DNA of 63,772 nt, the filler included, from Nemertoderma westbladi (taxonomy: Eukaryota; Animalia; Xenacoelomorpha): assembly GCA_032718475.1 (NCBI GenBank). It is 3 parts of 3 records of this genome, joined end to end, with 100 filler letters (N's around TTAATTAATTAA, not from the genome) between each part and the next. Parts side by side here need not be neighbours in the genome. Positions count along the whole stretch, not along the records: positions 23,037 to 46,471 come from JAUCBJ010007000.1; 2 more parts are not named here. One strand, written 5' to 3'. Below are positions 24,150 to 38,100 of the stretch, in pieces. Each line of letters starts with the position of its first letter. The first letter of the stretch is position 1. A program made the translations under genes and the position numbers. Below the pieces are notes generated by a model, which was not told the origin of the DNA, did no database searches, and saw nothing but the letters and a program-made list of their open reading frames with translations.

Positions 24150-24445
24150 CTCAGTTACTGAATCTGAGTTAATTTCTTGTTCATTGGATTCGACATTGAG
24201 GCAGTGGACCTCTCCATGAGCTATACAACGGACAGGTCATAACTTCCCACATGAAACGTTTTTCACTATAATACCCTGGTTTTCGGGATCGAATACAATC
24301 TCGTGGGCTTTGCCTATACCCTTGATATCCGTTGTCTGTTTTCCATTGACTTCTTTATCAGTGACTTACACGTCTTTAACACCATAGGAATACACGTCAG
24401 TTTTTAAATCTTTCAATAACTCTTGTATCATATCAAAGTAGCTTA
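24150..24445 (-). pseudogene. Possible DNA transposase C-terminal relic
   Basis: Minus frame IKGIGKAHEIVFDPENQGIIVKNVSCGKL*PVRC with stops, resembling a G-x3-H...SC-x-C-x2-C transposase tail; recalled, not searched. Confidence 0.35.
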
Positions 24446-25038
24446 CAGTACAGAACAGTGTAGTAGCTTAAGTACTGATGTTAATATATTGTTTTCGTAA
24501 GCATGGCTATAAAATTATAGTTTCCATACATTTCTGTCAGATTGTACTTTTATTAGTAAAGGGCAAATCTTCCACTACCAATTTGTCCACTTTTGAAGAG
24601 AATGACCCATATTGTTATTTGGAACAAAGATTCTAAATATTATTGTCTCTAGAAAGCTACCGGTACCTAAACGCTATTTTGGCTAAAAATGCTTTGGAGC
24701 CATTATATAACGAAAAAGCACCAAAAAACGCACTTTTTGAGCCTTTTTGTGTATAAAATGGCCTCAATTCAGCCACAACCATCAATTGAATTGATTCACT
24801 GAATATTAACTCAATAAAAACAAAATTGTTCAAGAAATATCCTGATTGATAAAAATACCTTTTTATCCAAGGACGATGGGTTTTTTACTTAAATCTATTT
24901 GTTAGAGCAAATCGTCTCAAATTTGTAGGTTTTTAAAATACTTCGATTTAATAAATGGAGTGGGTAAAAAAAATGTTCGAAAACATTAAAATGTCGAAAC
25001 CATTCTCAGGGGAAATCGAACACACATAAAAAAGCAGT

Positions 25039-25155
25039 CGGCCGAGACCGGAGGCGACCCAAAGGCTGCTCCAATCTGGATGAAAGTGGATGAAAGGCTG
25101 AGTGGACCTTGGCGGGGCTTGAACCTACAACCAACAGACTGTCAACCAACTGAGC
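25039..25155 (-). mobile_element. Internally deleted copy of the 12814-13054 SINE
   Basis: Shares ggaggcgaccc, gtggatgaaaggctgagtggacc and tcaaccaactgagc. Confidence 0.8.
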
Positions 25156-25213
25156 CTAAAAGTTATTGCCATATAGAAAAATAATATAATAGGCGATGAA
25201 ATGAACAACTAAC

Positions 25214-25474
25214 CCGACGATATCGGAGAAGTAAATGGTTACTGAGTCGAAGGCCTCAGCTTCTACGGCCTCGCCCCGTTTCAACTGATCGGCAACCGAC
25301 TTCGGGAGGATCTGGTAGAGGAGATCGTCCGCTTTCTTCTTCTCTTCGTAAAAAGCCGCGGTTTTATTCTCGACTAAGGCCTCGAGATTGGCGGCGTACT
25401 GCTCCATCCGGGTGAGTATGTTATCCAGAATGTTATCAGAGTCGGTTCCTTTGTTTATCTTACGTAGCGCCGTC
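25214..25474 (-). CDS. Receptor guanylyl cyclase exon (coiled coil and start of cyclase domain)
   Basis: [64 protein letters not shown]; AAG acceptor, GTTAGT donor; phase matches upstream exon (AG+G = Arg). Confidence 0.95.
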
Positions 25475-25869
25475 CTTAACAACAAAACAACAACAACGTA
25501 ATTATTAATTACAAACCAGTCAGGAGATTATAATAAGCTAAAATATTAAGGTGGTCGAACAGCAAAATATTGTAAATTGTTAACTTTATCATAAAACATC
25601 TGATCTCCAAAAGTCAAGGTCCCATGACCTGAATCCCAAGCAGTCAAAAGTTGTCAATTTTTCTGTTAAATTTGTCACGGTGTATTTATTTTTAATTGGC
25701 ATTTATTTTTATTTGGTATATTTATATGGTATATCTTCATGTTATTTTTCAAATTGTGGTCCAATTTTGAAATGTTCATTTCTCTTATTTCATTTTCAAA
25801 AGTTATACCCATAGAGCAGAATGTCAGACGGAGTAAGCACCGCAAAGGGGAGACGGCTCTGTTCAAGTG

Positions 25870-27860
25870 TCAAGCTTGGGGGACTTATTAAACACATCCA
25901 ACGCTGTATGTAGAGATGTGTGCATTGTAGTACTTGACACAGTGCGAGTGCATCCATCCGGTGTATAATTATTGTTTAAATGTCACCCAGCGATGTGGTT
26001 TCCTCAGCAGTTTGAGCCGAGCATAAACTCCCACATAGGAGTACTGGAACTACTGCTGCTCTAAATAATCGGACCTTAAGTTTCCGATGTATTCTGTTTG
26101 AATTCCAAATCCTGGAAAGCCTATTTAATGTTTCCCATGCATTTCCCTTACGTATTCGAAGGTCCTGACTTCCGGATCCATGATCCCAGGTAACAGAAGT
26201 CGTCCACATGCTCAAGCAGATGATCCTTTGAGCTTATGCTCATACGATCAGGCATTTCCTGAGGACTTTGAAGGTTAACTGTCAAAATTTAGGCCAACAC
26301 TAGAAATAGCATGTTCTAATAAGCTGAGGAGCCGTTGGCCTATAACAGTAGTATACTATACCAACACTATAGTGTCATCAGCAAAGTCTAGATCTGTTAG
26401 GTACTTGGCAGGATTTCCTCGACTTCTGGAGCCAGTAGGTGGAGTCACCATCACCCCATCATCATTATGGTGAACTAAGGACATACGCAGAACAACAACA
26501 AATGTCGTTGAACCACCGTAACATACTGATATGATTGCTGCAATAATTTCATCAGGAATCCCATATAATGAAAGTATGCTGAACATACGTGAGCGAGAGA
26601 CTGAATCAAAGGCCTTGAAGAAGTCAACAAAGATAACAGCCAGATGCCTGTCTTTCTTTTTTGATAATTCTTCAATTATCCTTCTAAGTGCCAAAATGGG
26701 CTCCATGGTCCCACGACATTTACGGAACCCATTCTGATTTCCACGGAGCAGTCTCTCAATGGGATCCCTGATGCGATTTAATAGAATTCCATTGTATAGC
26801 TTTGCAGCAATCGAGATCAGTGAGATTCCCCGAAAATAACCATAGAGTGTTAGGTTGCCCTTCTTGGGAACTGGCACCAACTTATATGTTTTCATTTCTT
26901 GTGGGACTCTTGTTGTTCTGTAGGGATGTTGCGAATGTCACATTTTTAACATCCGCACGGATGCGGATGCGGATGTCTATTAAAACAAATATATTTTTGC
27001 CTGGCCTCCCTTTTACATCAAGGTTATACCAGCATTTTTAAATTATATTCTAATCTTATATTAATAAACTAACAAGAGTCTAAGGTTATAGAACAGAATG
27101 GAACATAATATAACAAAACAATAATACAACAAACATGTTTTATATAGTTCCCGTCGAGTGTTAAGTGTATAGTGTATAGTGTATAACAATGTACGTGCAC
27201 ACTGTACACACACTGCTACACACAAAATCGAACTTCTAAGGTTGCTCCTCTTACAGAAACTGTCTTTTTGTCTGACTGTTTGTCGGTCAAAAAATAAACA
27301 AAATCATTTAACCTCACCAAAATATGCCTATGGGGGTTTTCCAGGTCGGCGAACTCATTTCCGATGTCAGTTTTGACATTTTGATATTTTATACTTTGAT
27401 AATTTTAAGAAAAATTAAAAAAATTTCATAAAGGAAAAAGTAATTATTATTGAAAATTTAATTGAGTGGTTACTGGGCCTTCAGACAGGATGCTTGAATA
27501 GTGCATGTAACATCCGCATGTAACATCCGCATGTCATGGGTGCGGATGCGAATGCGAAAAATCATGCGGTTATCCGCGGACGCGGATGTGGATGCGGACA
27601 TTCGCCACATCCCTACCGTTCTGTACATGTCTACTATGATGGGTTAGATGAGCTTTAAACGTATTTTAAAGACCTCAGGGGGAACACCATCTACTCCACT
27701 GTCACGATGTTTGCAGCAGCCTTCTCTTCTGCAAAGGAGATATCGCCAATGGGTACATTGAGTACATCTTTGAGTACAGACTCAGACACCTTTTGTTTCA
27801 CAAATTTATCATCAGGCAATACCCTGTCATTGTTTATTGAACGGAATATTTTAACAAACA
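25870..27860 (-). mobile_element. Degenerate RTE LINE (family B) interrupted by a hAT MITE
   Basis: PVPKKG, FRGISL, NQNGFR, FVDFFKAFDSV, DLDFADD, KVRLFRAAV; continues at 27616-27860. Confidence 0.85.
26921..27615. mobile_element. hAT-type MITE
   Basis: TIR TAGGGATGTTGCGAATGTC / GACATTCGCCACATCCCTA; GCGGAT subterminal repeats; degenerate 8-bp TSD TTGTTCTG/CCGTTCTG. Confidence 0.88.
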
Positions 27861-28040
27861 TTTCATGTAATCACTGTGATTAATATAAAGATTTGAAATT
27901 TGGAACATTTTGTGTGATATGAAGAGGATGAGAGGGGGGTGTCCGAGCAATCGTGACACTTTGTAACAAAGGGGGGAGGGGGGGTAATCGCCCTGAAAAA
28001 CGTTACGTAATTTAAGGAGCGACCTCTAAAAATACACTTG

Positions 28041-31000
28041 GGGCTCAAAATCACAAAAAGTGGCCAAAAAAATTATTTTTTTTGTAAAAAAAAAAAGTTT
28101 CCCAAAGTATGTAATATTATATATCACCAGAAAGCTCTCGATGCGCTGAATTCAATGGTGGTAATTTCCCAATAGCCCCGACCTCATGGTAGCAAATAAT
28201 TGAGAAAAACAGATGTCCATTCCTGTAACACTTGTCCCACAATGTAACGCCCGATATCAGCCAATCAGAGCCCTTGAATGGTGATTTCCGATGCCTGTAA
28301 CAATTTGTCCCACCATGTAGCACCAGTTGTAATTACACTGAAATGTTAAATTAACCTAGATTTCGTCTCCGAGTGGGAGCTATGCAGCCATTCCTGATCC
28401 CAGTAGCACATCCCAATAAAGCTTATTTGATAATAAAATCAATCATAATAAATCTTTATGGTCCCCATTTCTCGAAAAATTATAAAATATTATAGTTTAT
28501 CAAATAAACATAAGGAGTTTATAAAACATTTTAACCACTTTAGGTACTTTAGTGACGGACGATTTATATGAAAATTCGCAAAGTATGACGAGTTTATTAC
28601 TGAGTTTATAACTATGTATATCACTATGGCTGAGCAGTTAGTCAAAACCTATAAATTGTTCATCAGTTTCATCTCCACCATCCACAGAACCTCCTGTACT
28701 CCCCACTCCATCTTCTACACCCTCCATATAGATTCTCCTCTATTCCAAACGTTATCTTGTATAGCCGCCACGGATCATCCCATACCCCCCCCCCCCCCCC
28801 CCCCACTCCTTCAAAACCTGTAAATTGTTCATTATCTCTTTCATCCCCACCCTCCACAGATCCACCTGTACTTCCCATTCCGTCTCCCACACCCTCCACA
28901 GATCCTCCCATACCTCCCACTCCGTCTCCCACACCCTCCACAGATCCTCCTGTACTTCTCACCCTGTCTCCCACACCCTCCACAGATCCTCCTGTACTTC
29001 TCACCCTGTCTACCACACCCTCCACAGATCCTCCTGTACTTCCCATTCCGTCTCCCACACCCTCCACAGATCCTCCCATACCTCCCACTCCGTCTCCCAC
29101 ACCCTCCACAGATCCTCCTGTACTTCTCACCCTGTCTCCCACACCCTCCACAGATCCTCCTGTACTTCTCACCCTGTCTACCACACCCTCCACAGATCCT
29201 CCTGTACTTTCCACTCCGTCTCCCACACCCTCCACAGATCCTCCTGTACTTCCCACTCCGTCTCCCACACCCTCCACAGATCCTCCTGTACTTCTCACCC
29301 TGTCTCCCACACCCTCCACAGATCCTCCTGTACTTCTCACCCTGTCTCCCACACCCTCCACAGATCCTCCTGTACTTCCCACTCCGTCTCCCACACCCTC
29401 CACAGATCCTCCTGTACTTCCCACTCCGTCTCCCACACCCTCCACAGATCCTCCTGTACTTTCCATTCCGTCTCCCACACCCTCCACATATCCTCCTGTA
29501 CTTCTCATTCCGTCTCCCACACCCTCCACAGATCCTCCCATACCTCCCACTCCTGTCTCCCACACCCTCCACAGATCCTCTTGTACTTCTCACCCTGTCT
29601 CCCACACCCTCCACAGATCCTCCTGTACTTCTCACCCTGTCTACCACACCCTCCACAGATCCTCCTGTACTTCCCACTCCGTCTCCCACACCCTCCACAG
29701 ATCCTCCTGTTCTTCCCACTCCGTCTCCCACACCCTCCACAGATCCTCCTGTACTTTCCATTCCGTCTCCCACACTCTCCACAGATCCTCCCATACCTCC
29801 CACTCCGTCTCCAACACCCTCCACAGATCATCCTGTACTTCTCACCCTGTCTCCCACACCCTCCACAGATCCTCCTGTACTTCTCACCCTGTCTCCCACA
29901 CCCTCCACAGATCCTCCTGTACTTCTCACCCTGTCTCCCACACCCTCCACAGATCATCCTGTACTTCTCACCCTGTCTCACACACCCTCCACAGATCCTC
30001 CTGTACTTCTCACCCTGTCTCCCACACCCTCCACAGATCCTCCTGTACTTTCCATTCCGTCTCCCACACTCTCCACAGATCCTCCCATACCTCCCACTCC
30101 GTCTCCAACACCCTCCACAGATCCTCCTGTACTTCTCACCCTGTCTCCCACACCCTCCACAGATCCTCCTGTACTTCTCACCCTGTCTCCCACACCCTCC
30201 ACAGATCCTCCTGTACTTCTCACCCTGTCTCCCACACCCTCCACAGATCCTCCTGTACTTCTCACCCTGTCTCCCACACCCTCCACAGATCCTCCTGTAC
30301 TTCTCACCCTGTCTCCCACACCCTCCACAGATCCTCCTGTACTTCTCACCCTGTCTCCCACACCCTCCACAGATCCTCCTGTACTTCCCATTCCGTCTCC
30401 CACACCCTCCACAGATCCTCCCATAGCTCCCACTCCGTCTCCCACACCCTCCGCAGATCCTCCTGTACTTCCCACTCCGTCTCCCACACCCTCCACAGAT
30501 CCTCCTGTACTTCCCACTCCGTCTCCCACACCCTCCACAGATCCTCCTGCTCTTTTCACCCTGTCTCCCACACCCTCCACAGATCCTCCTGTGCTTTTCA
30601 CCCTGTCTCCCACACCCTCCACATATCCTCCTGTACTTTTCACCCTGTCTCCCACACCCTCCACAGATCATCCTCTACTTCTCACCCTGTCTCCCACACC
30701 CTCCACAGATCCTCATGTACTTCTCACCCTGTCTCCCACACCCTCCACAGATCCTCCCATTCTCCTCTCGCATACCTCTACCTACTGCTCTCACACTAAC
30801 TACTCCTCTCGCTCCTCCAACTGCTCATCTTGCACCTCTACCTTTTCCCCTCGCACCTCCAACTGCTCCCCTTGCACCTCTACCTTTGCCCCTCACACCT
30901 CCAACTGCTCCCCTTGCACCTCTATTTTTTCCCTCCCACCTCTAACTGCTCCCCTCACGGAGCTCCCAATCTCCCTCTCCCAATCGCAGAAGATACATCT

Positions 31001-32260
31001 AAGATGGACCGCATTCCATATAAGACAGATCAGTATTATTAGTCCTATTTTTATTTACTATCAGTATCTTGATACCGGAACGGCAAGCTGATGTCTAATA
31101 AGTAATGAAATGTGGTCTCTATTCTATACCGTAGTCACATAGTGTCTGTATCAGTGTCTTATAACTGGTTCTGGTTAGGATTAGTTTGTTTAGTAGTCAA
31201 CAGTAAACTCTATGCACTGCGCAGATCTGTAGATCCAATAACTTCAAATCAAACGCAATAAATAGGCAGCACTGTTACTGTTACCGGTACAACTGTAGGT
31301 AGGTAAGTACCAATTCACAGTTAATAATAGTGCTGTTCTGTGTGCATGACCTACAGCCTTATCAATATTATAAAGTCTGCACTACTAAAGTGTTACAGGT
31401 AAGACATGTCCCATTCTGTAGCCCGATTTACATATTACATGTGGAACGTCCCGCCTTGTAACGATTTTTTGTGTTACAGGCTTTTGTTACAGGTGGGACA
31501 AAGCTCATGCTGATAAATGTAAAAGCAACTAAAGTCTATTCCATAGTCAATTATTGCCACAAATGATTACTCACGCAAAAGACCAAGAACTTGGCTATCT
31601 TCTGATATTTGAATCTTCATATCAAGTTTGTTAGAACTGATTCTAGAGCATGGTAAAGCAGTGCACTTGGTGTTACACATGGGACAATCCTAATTGACAT
31701 AATCGACTCGCACGTATAAAACCAGCCATATCTCTGGTTGTGTTTAGTATTTTTTCGTAAAATCTGGAACATTCCACTTCTTGAAGATTTACCTTTCAAA
31801 TAAGAATTTAGTTTATAGAATCCAAATAAAAACCTATTGGTGAATCTGTTGTTACCGTTTGGGACAAGTAATTGTCAAAAATAGGGGTATATTATCTATT
31901 GTTTTATTTAAATATGATATCAATAAAACAATTTGGGAGTTATTCCATTGCATTCCTCTATTATTTAGCTTTAAAATGAGCTATAACTTGTTGAAATACA
32001 CCCAGTAGATGTCAAAATACATCCCCCACAATGCAATTAACTTTTTTGGACAATTGAAAAACCTGCATTTTTTAGTACTAAAAGGTCTGTAAAATCTTTC
32101 AAAGTCTGAGTGCCAGTATGATTTTTTGTGCATCTGTTGGACCATAAAATTATCTTCAAAAATATATATAACTTTACTAGGTTCCAAAAAAAATTCCCTT
32201 GTAAAATTAAGTCGAATCGTGTGGGAAACGTTTTTGGCCACTTTTTGTGAGTTTGAGCCT
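28041..32260. mobile_element. Probable non-autonomous DNA element with long imperfect inverted ends enclosing the 42-bp minisatellite
   Basis: GGCTCAAAATCACAAAAAGTGGCCAAAAA (28042-28070) is inverted at 32231-32259 with one mismatch; TGTAAC..TTGTCCCAC motifs at 28220-28320 are mirrored at 31390-31870. Confidence 0.55.
28845..30765. repeat. 42-bp C-rich minisatellite, ~45 copies, with decayed continuation to ~30980
   Basis: Unit tctcccacaccctccacagatcctcctgtacttctcaccctg. Confidence 0.97.
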
Positions 32261-32318
32261 TGGATATTACGCAACTTCGTTTCTCCCATAATTGTTTAGA
32301 GTAATATAAATTACTTAC

Positions 32319-32557
32319 CTTAGGAAAGCGAAGTCTGGCCGTTCTAACGGATTCTCCGACCAACAGGCCGATATAATGTCCTGAATCTCTACCGGGTGCG
32401 TTGATCTATCCAGGGTTGGTCGGAAGGGAGGGTTGGTCCGGCATTCTACCGTCTTAACGATCTGTTGTAGATTCCGAGGCCGGGAGGCCACGTAGAAGGG
32501 GCCGCGACGGAACACAATCTCGTGAAGGATAATAGCGAAACTGTAGACATCGGCTTT
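32319..32557 (-). CDS. Receptor guanylyl cyclase exon (kinase-homology domain, C-terminal part)
   Basis: KADVYSFAIILHEIVFRRGPF..PPFRP..IISACWSENPLERPDF; TACAG acceptor, GTAAGT donor. Confidence 0.95.
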
Positions 32558-32919
32558 CTGTATAAGAAATATTGAGAAATTATAGAACTATTATATCCAA
32601 TTATTATTTCTAATAAAATAATTCAAATTATAAATTAATAATATGACTAAATGTATACAACACAGAACACATTACATTACTAGGATGCAGCAAATGATAG
32701 CATCAACCTCACCTACCCATTGCAATTAATCTCCCAACCTTGCCATATTACTCACCCAACCTTGCCATATTACTCACCTTACCTTGCCATTACTCATCCC
32801 CATCCGGCCTTGCCATTACTCACTGGCGGCCTGACGTTACAATTACTCGCCTGTGCTTTGGGCTTTGCCCTTACAGCAACATTACTCACCTGTACTTGGC
32901 CATTGCCACCCATACTTGG

Positions 32920-35114
32920 TCCTAATTGGTTCGGACCACAGAATTGTGACTGCAGAGATCAGACTCAGTTTGAGAGCCAGCAAACCCAGGACAAGCAAGC
33001 AAATCAACTATGACTGGGAGAAACTCAGAACTGACAATGCTGTAAAGGATGCTTATACAGTAGAAGTTCAAAACCGCTTTGAAGCACTTCAGTCAATGGA
33101 TGAAGACCAATCCACCGATTCAATTTACCAGAATATAATAACAGCCCACAAGGAATCAGCTAAAAGGCATATCCCCCAGAAACCTAAACGAAAACAGTAT
33201 GTGCCATGGCAAAACTCTGAGGTTACTTGTAAGAGAGAAGATCTTAAGATAGCCTACAAAGTTAAAACCGAACAACCAACAACCGAAAACATTAACAAGG
33301 TTGAGAAAGCTAAGGACGATCTTAAATTGGCCTACAACATCAGCCAGGAAAAGTACATACAGGATAAAACTGAAGCAATTACAACTGCTCACATACAGCA
33401 ACAATCAAGACTTACCTGGCAAACTGTAAATGAGGTATCTGGTCGGAAAAGTTGTGCAAAGGGGCGCCTCAAAGCCGATAGTCCTGAAGAACGTGTTGGG
33501 AAGTGGAAAAATCACTTCAGCAACTTGCTTGGGCAGCCACCAAACATCGAGGTCAGCCCTACAAGGAAAATATATGACAAGACACTACCTATAGAAACAG
33601 GGGACTTCACACCTGCCGAACTCCAAAGAAGCATTAAAAGCATGTCCAATAATAAAGCGAGTGGATTAGATGAAATCCCAGCGGAGGTATGGAAAACCGG
33701 AGTGCTAAATAGACCATTATTGAATGTTTGCAACCGGATGTTAAAAGGGGAAAAGCCACCACCAATTTGGACTAAAGGTCAACTAAAGCCTCTCCCCAAG
33801 AAAGGAGACCTCGGCATACCAACAAACTATCGTGGGATCTGTCTGCTTGTGGTAGCTGCCAAAATATACAATAAAATGATTCTATATAGGATTAGGCCTC
33901 ACATAGAGAAACTACTGCGTAAGAGCCAAAACGGATTTCGACCAAGTAGATCAACAATAGCTCAGATACTTGCACTACGGAGACTGATTGAAGGAATTAA
34001 GTCAAAGAATCTCCCCGCAGTCATGACTTTTGTGGACTTCAAGAAGGCATTCGACTCCATCCATAGAGGTAAAATGCTTGAAATCCTAAGAGCTTATGGA
34101 ATACCAGAAGTAATTGTTGCTGGCATTGGATTGTTATATTGTGACACAGAAGCGCAGGTACTCTCACCAGATGGTGAAACTGAGTTTTTCTCAATCCTGG
34201 CTGGCGTACTGCAAGGTGACACATTAGCACCATTACTATTTGTAATTGTGCTGGATTGCGCAATGAGGACGGCCACAAAGGGTGAAGATCTGGGATTCAC
34301 ACTTCAAGAACGTAGAAGTAGTAGATATCCGGCAACTACAGTCACAGACACCGACTTTGCGGATGACATCGCCCTGCTCTCTAATACGCTAGCAGATGCA
34401 CAGCTTCTACTAAATAAAGTGGAGAGGGCTGCTAAGGAGGTTGGATTGCATATAAATGCTACCAAGACCGAATTCATGACCTTTAATGTTGATGGAAACT
34501 TGACAACCATTGATAATAATGAACTAAGGAAGGTCGATGACTTCCAGTACCTTGGATCATGGATAGAGAGTAGCAAAAAGGACATAGAAGTTAGGAACGC
34601 AAAGGCTTGGTTAGCTCTATCAAAAATGGATACCATCTGGAAATCAGATCTCTCCAGGCACCTGAAGACTAAGTTCTTCCGAGCCACAGTGGAAAGTGTA
34701 TTTTTATACGGGGGTGAGACCTGGACACTGACTAAATCACTTGAACAACGAATTGATGGTTGCTACACAAGACTACTAAGGGCAGCCCTAAACATCAGCT
34801 GGAGACAACACATGACAAACGCCGAGCTTTATGGTACAATACCACCTGTATCAACCACCCTCCGTGAACGCAGATTAAGATTCAGTGGGCACTGCTGGCG
34901 AAGTAAAGACGAGGTCATACCAGATATACTTTTCTGGCAACCAACTCATGGAAAGCGTAGTCGTGGACGACCTGCCATAACATATATAGATCAACTTGAA
35001 AGGGATACTGAACTTGGGAGAAACGAAATTGCGACAACTATGGAGAATCGGGAAGCCTGGAAGGATCTCATTTCCACTGTCCGAGTTCGCTCGACCTAGT
35101 AGTAGTAGTAGTAG
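32920..35114 (+). mobile_element. 5'-truncated RTE LINE (family A) with uninterrupted RT frame
   Basis: SDHRIV (endonuclease end), PLPKKGD, NYRGI, QNGFR, FVDFKKAFDS, GVLQGDTLAP, FADD, YLGS; (TAG)6 tail; candidate TSD TACTTGG (32913-32919 / 35115-35121). Confidence 0.93.
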
Positions 35115-38100
35115 TACTTGGCCATTACGGCACCATTACCCACATGTACTTTGCCATTACGGCACCATTACCAACATGTACTTTGCCATTACGGCACCAT
35201 TACCCACTCTGTACTTTGCCATTACGGCACCATTACCCACCTGTACTTTGCCATTACGGCACCATTACCCACCTGTACTTTGCCATTACGGCACCATTAC
35301 CCACCTGTACTTTGCCATTACGGCACCATTACCCACTCTGTACTTTGCCATTACGGCACCATTACCCACTCTGTACTTTGCCATTACGGCACCATTACCC
35401 ACATGTACTTGGCCATTACGATACAATTACTAACCTGTACTTTGCCATTACGGCACCATTACACACACTTGTACTTTGCCATTACGGCACCATTACCTAC
35501 CTGTACGTTGCCATTACGGCACCATTACCTACCTGTACGTTGCCATTACGGCACCATTACCCACTCTGTACTTTGCCATTACGGCACCATTACCCACCTG
35601 TACTTTGACATTACGGCACCATTACCCACTCTGTACTTTGCCATTACGGCACCATTACCCACTCTGTACTTTGCCATTACGGCACCATTACCCACCTGTA
35701 CTTTGCCATTACGGCACCATTACCCACCTGTACTTTGCCATTACGGCACCATTACCCACTCTGTACTTTGCCATTACGGCACCATTACCCACTCTGTACT
35801 TTGCCATTACGGCACCATTACCCACTCTGTACTTTGCCATTACGGCACCATTACCCACCTGTACTTTGCCATTACGGCACCATTACCCACCTGTACTTTG
35901 CCATTACGGCACCATTACCCACTCTGTACTTTGCCATTACGGCACCATTACCTACCTGTACTTTGCCATTACGGCACCATTACCCACTCTGTACTTTGCC
36001 ATTACGGCACCATTACCCACTCTGTACTTTGCCATTACGGCACCATTACCCACCTGTACTTTGCCATTACGGCACCATTACCTACCTGTACGTTGCCATT
36101 ACGGCACCATTACCCACTCTGTACTTTGCCATTACGGCACCATTACCCACCTGTACTTTGCCATTACGGCACCATTACCCACTCTGTACTTTGCCAATAC
36201 GGCACCATTACCCACTCTGTACTTTGCCATTACGGCACCATTACCCACTCTGTACTTTGCCATTACGGCACCATTACCCACCTGTACTTTGCCATTACGG
36301 CACCATTACCCACCTGTACTTTGCCATTACGGCACCATTACCCACTCTGTACTTTGCCATTACGGCACCATTACCCACCTGTACTTTGCCATTACGGCAC
36401 CATTACCCACCTGTACTTTGCCATTACGGCACCATTACCCACTCTGTACTTTGCCATTACGGCACCATTACCCACCTGTACTTTGACATTACGGCACCAT
36501 TACCCACTCTGTACTTTGCCATTACGGCACCATTACCCACTCTGTACTTTGCCATTACGGCACCATTACCCACCTGTACTTTGCCATTACGGCACCATTA
36601 CCCACCCGTACTTTGCCATTACGGCACCATTACCCACCTGTACTTTGCCATTACGGCACCATTACCCACATGTACTTTACCATTACGGCACCATTACCCA
36701 CCTGTACTTTGCCATTACGGCACCATTACCCACATGTACTTGGCCATTACGATACAATTACTAACCTGTACTTTGCCATTACGGCACCATTACACACACT
36801 TGTACTTTGCCATTACGGCACCATTACCTACCTGTACGTTGCCATTACGCACCATTACCTACCTGTACGTTGCCATTACGGCACCATTACCCACCTGTAC
36901 TTTGCCATTACGGCACCATTACCCACTCTGTACTTTGCCATTACGGCACCATTACCCACCTGTACTTTGCCATTACGGCACCATTACCCACATGTACTTT
37001 ACCATTACGGCACCATTACCCACTCTGTACTTTGCCATTACGGCACCATTACCCACCTGTACTTTACCATTACGGCACCATTACCTACCTGTACTTTCCG
37101 ATTACGGCACCATTACCCACCTGTACTTTGCCATTACGGCACCATTACCCACTCTGTACTTTGCCATTACGGCACCATTACCCACCTGTACTTTGCCATT
37201 GCGGCACCATTACCCACCCGTACTTTGCCATTACGGCACCATTACCCACCTGTACTTTGCTATTACGGCACCATTACCCACTCTGTACTTTGCCATTACG
37301 GCACCATTACCCACCCGTACTTTGCCATTACGGCACCATTACTAACCTGTACTTTGCCATTACGGCACCATTACACACACTTGTACTTTGCCATTACGGC
37401 ACCATTACCCACCTGTACTTTGCCATTACGGCACCATTACCCACCCGTACTTTGCCATTACGGCACCATTACCCACTCTGTACTTTGCCATTACGGCACC
37501 ATTACCCACTCTGTACTTTGCCATTACGGCACCATTACCCACCTGTACTTTGCCATTACGGCACCATTACCCACCCGTACTTTGCCATTACGGCACCATT
37601 ACCCACCTGTACTTTACCATTACGGCACCATTACCCACTCTGTACTTTGCCATTACGGCACCATTACACACACTTGTACTTTGCCATTACGGCACCATTA
37701 CCCACCTGTACTTTGCCATTACGGCACCATTACCCACCCGTACTTTGCCATTACGGCACCATTACCCACTCTGTACTTTGCCATTACGGCACCATTACCC
37801 ACTCTGTACTTTGCCATTACGGCACCATTACCCACCTGTACTTTGCCATTACGGCACCATTACCCACCTGTACTTTGCCATTACGGCACCATTACCCACC
37901 TGTACTTTACCATTACGGCACCATTACCCACTCTGTACTTTGCCATTACGGCACCATTACCCACCTGTACTTTGCCATTACGGCACCATTACCCACCCGT
38001 ACTTTGCCATTACGGCACCATTACCCACCTGTACTTTGCCATTACGGCACCATTACCCACTCTGTACTTTGCCATTACGGCACCATTACACACACTTGTA

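Noticed and set aside
28669-31091. Mucin/extensin-like or RRICGGCG repeat proteins
   Set aside because: 42-bp minisatellite open in most frames with an internal frameshift; no unique domain or splice context.
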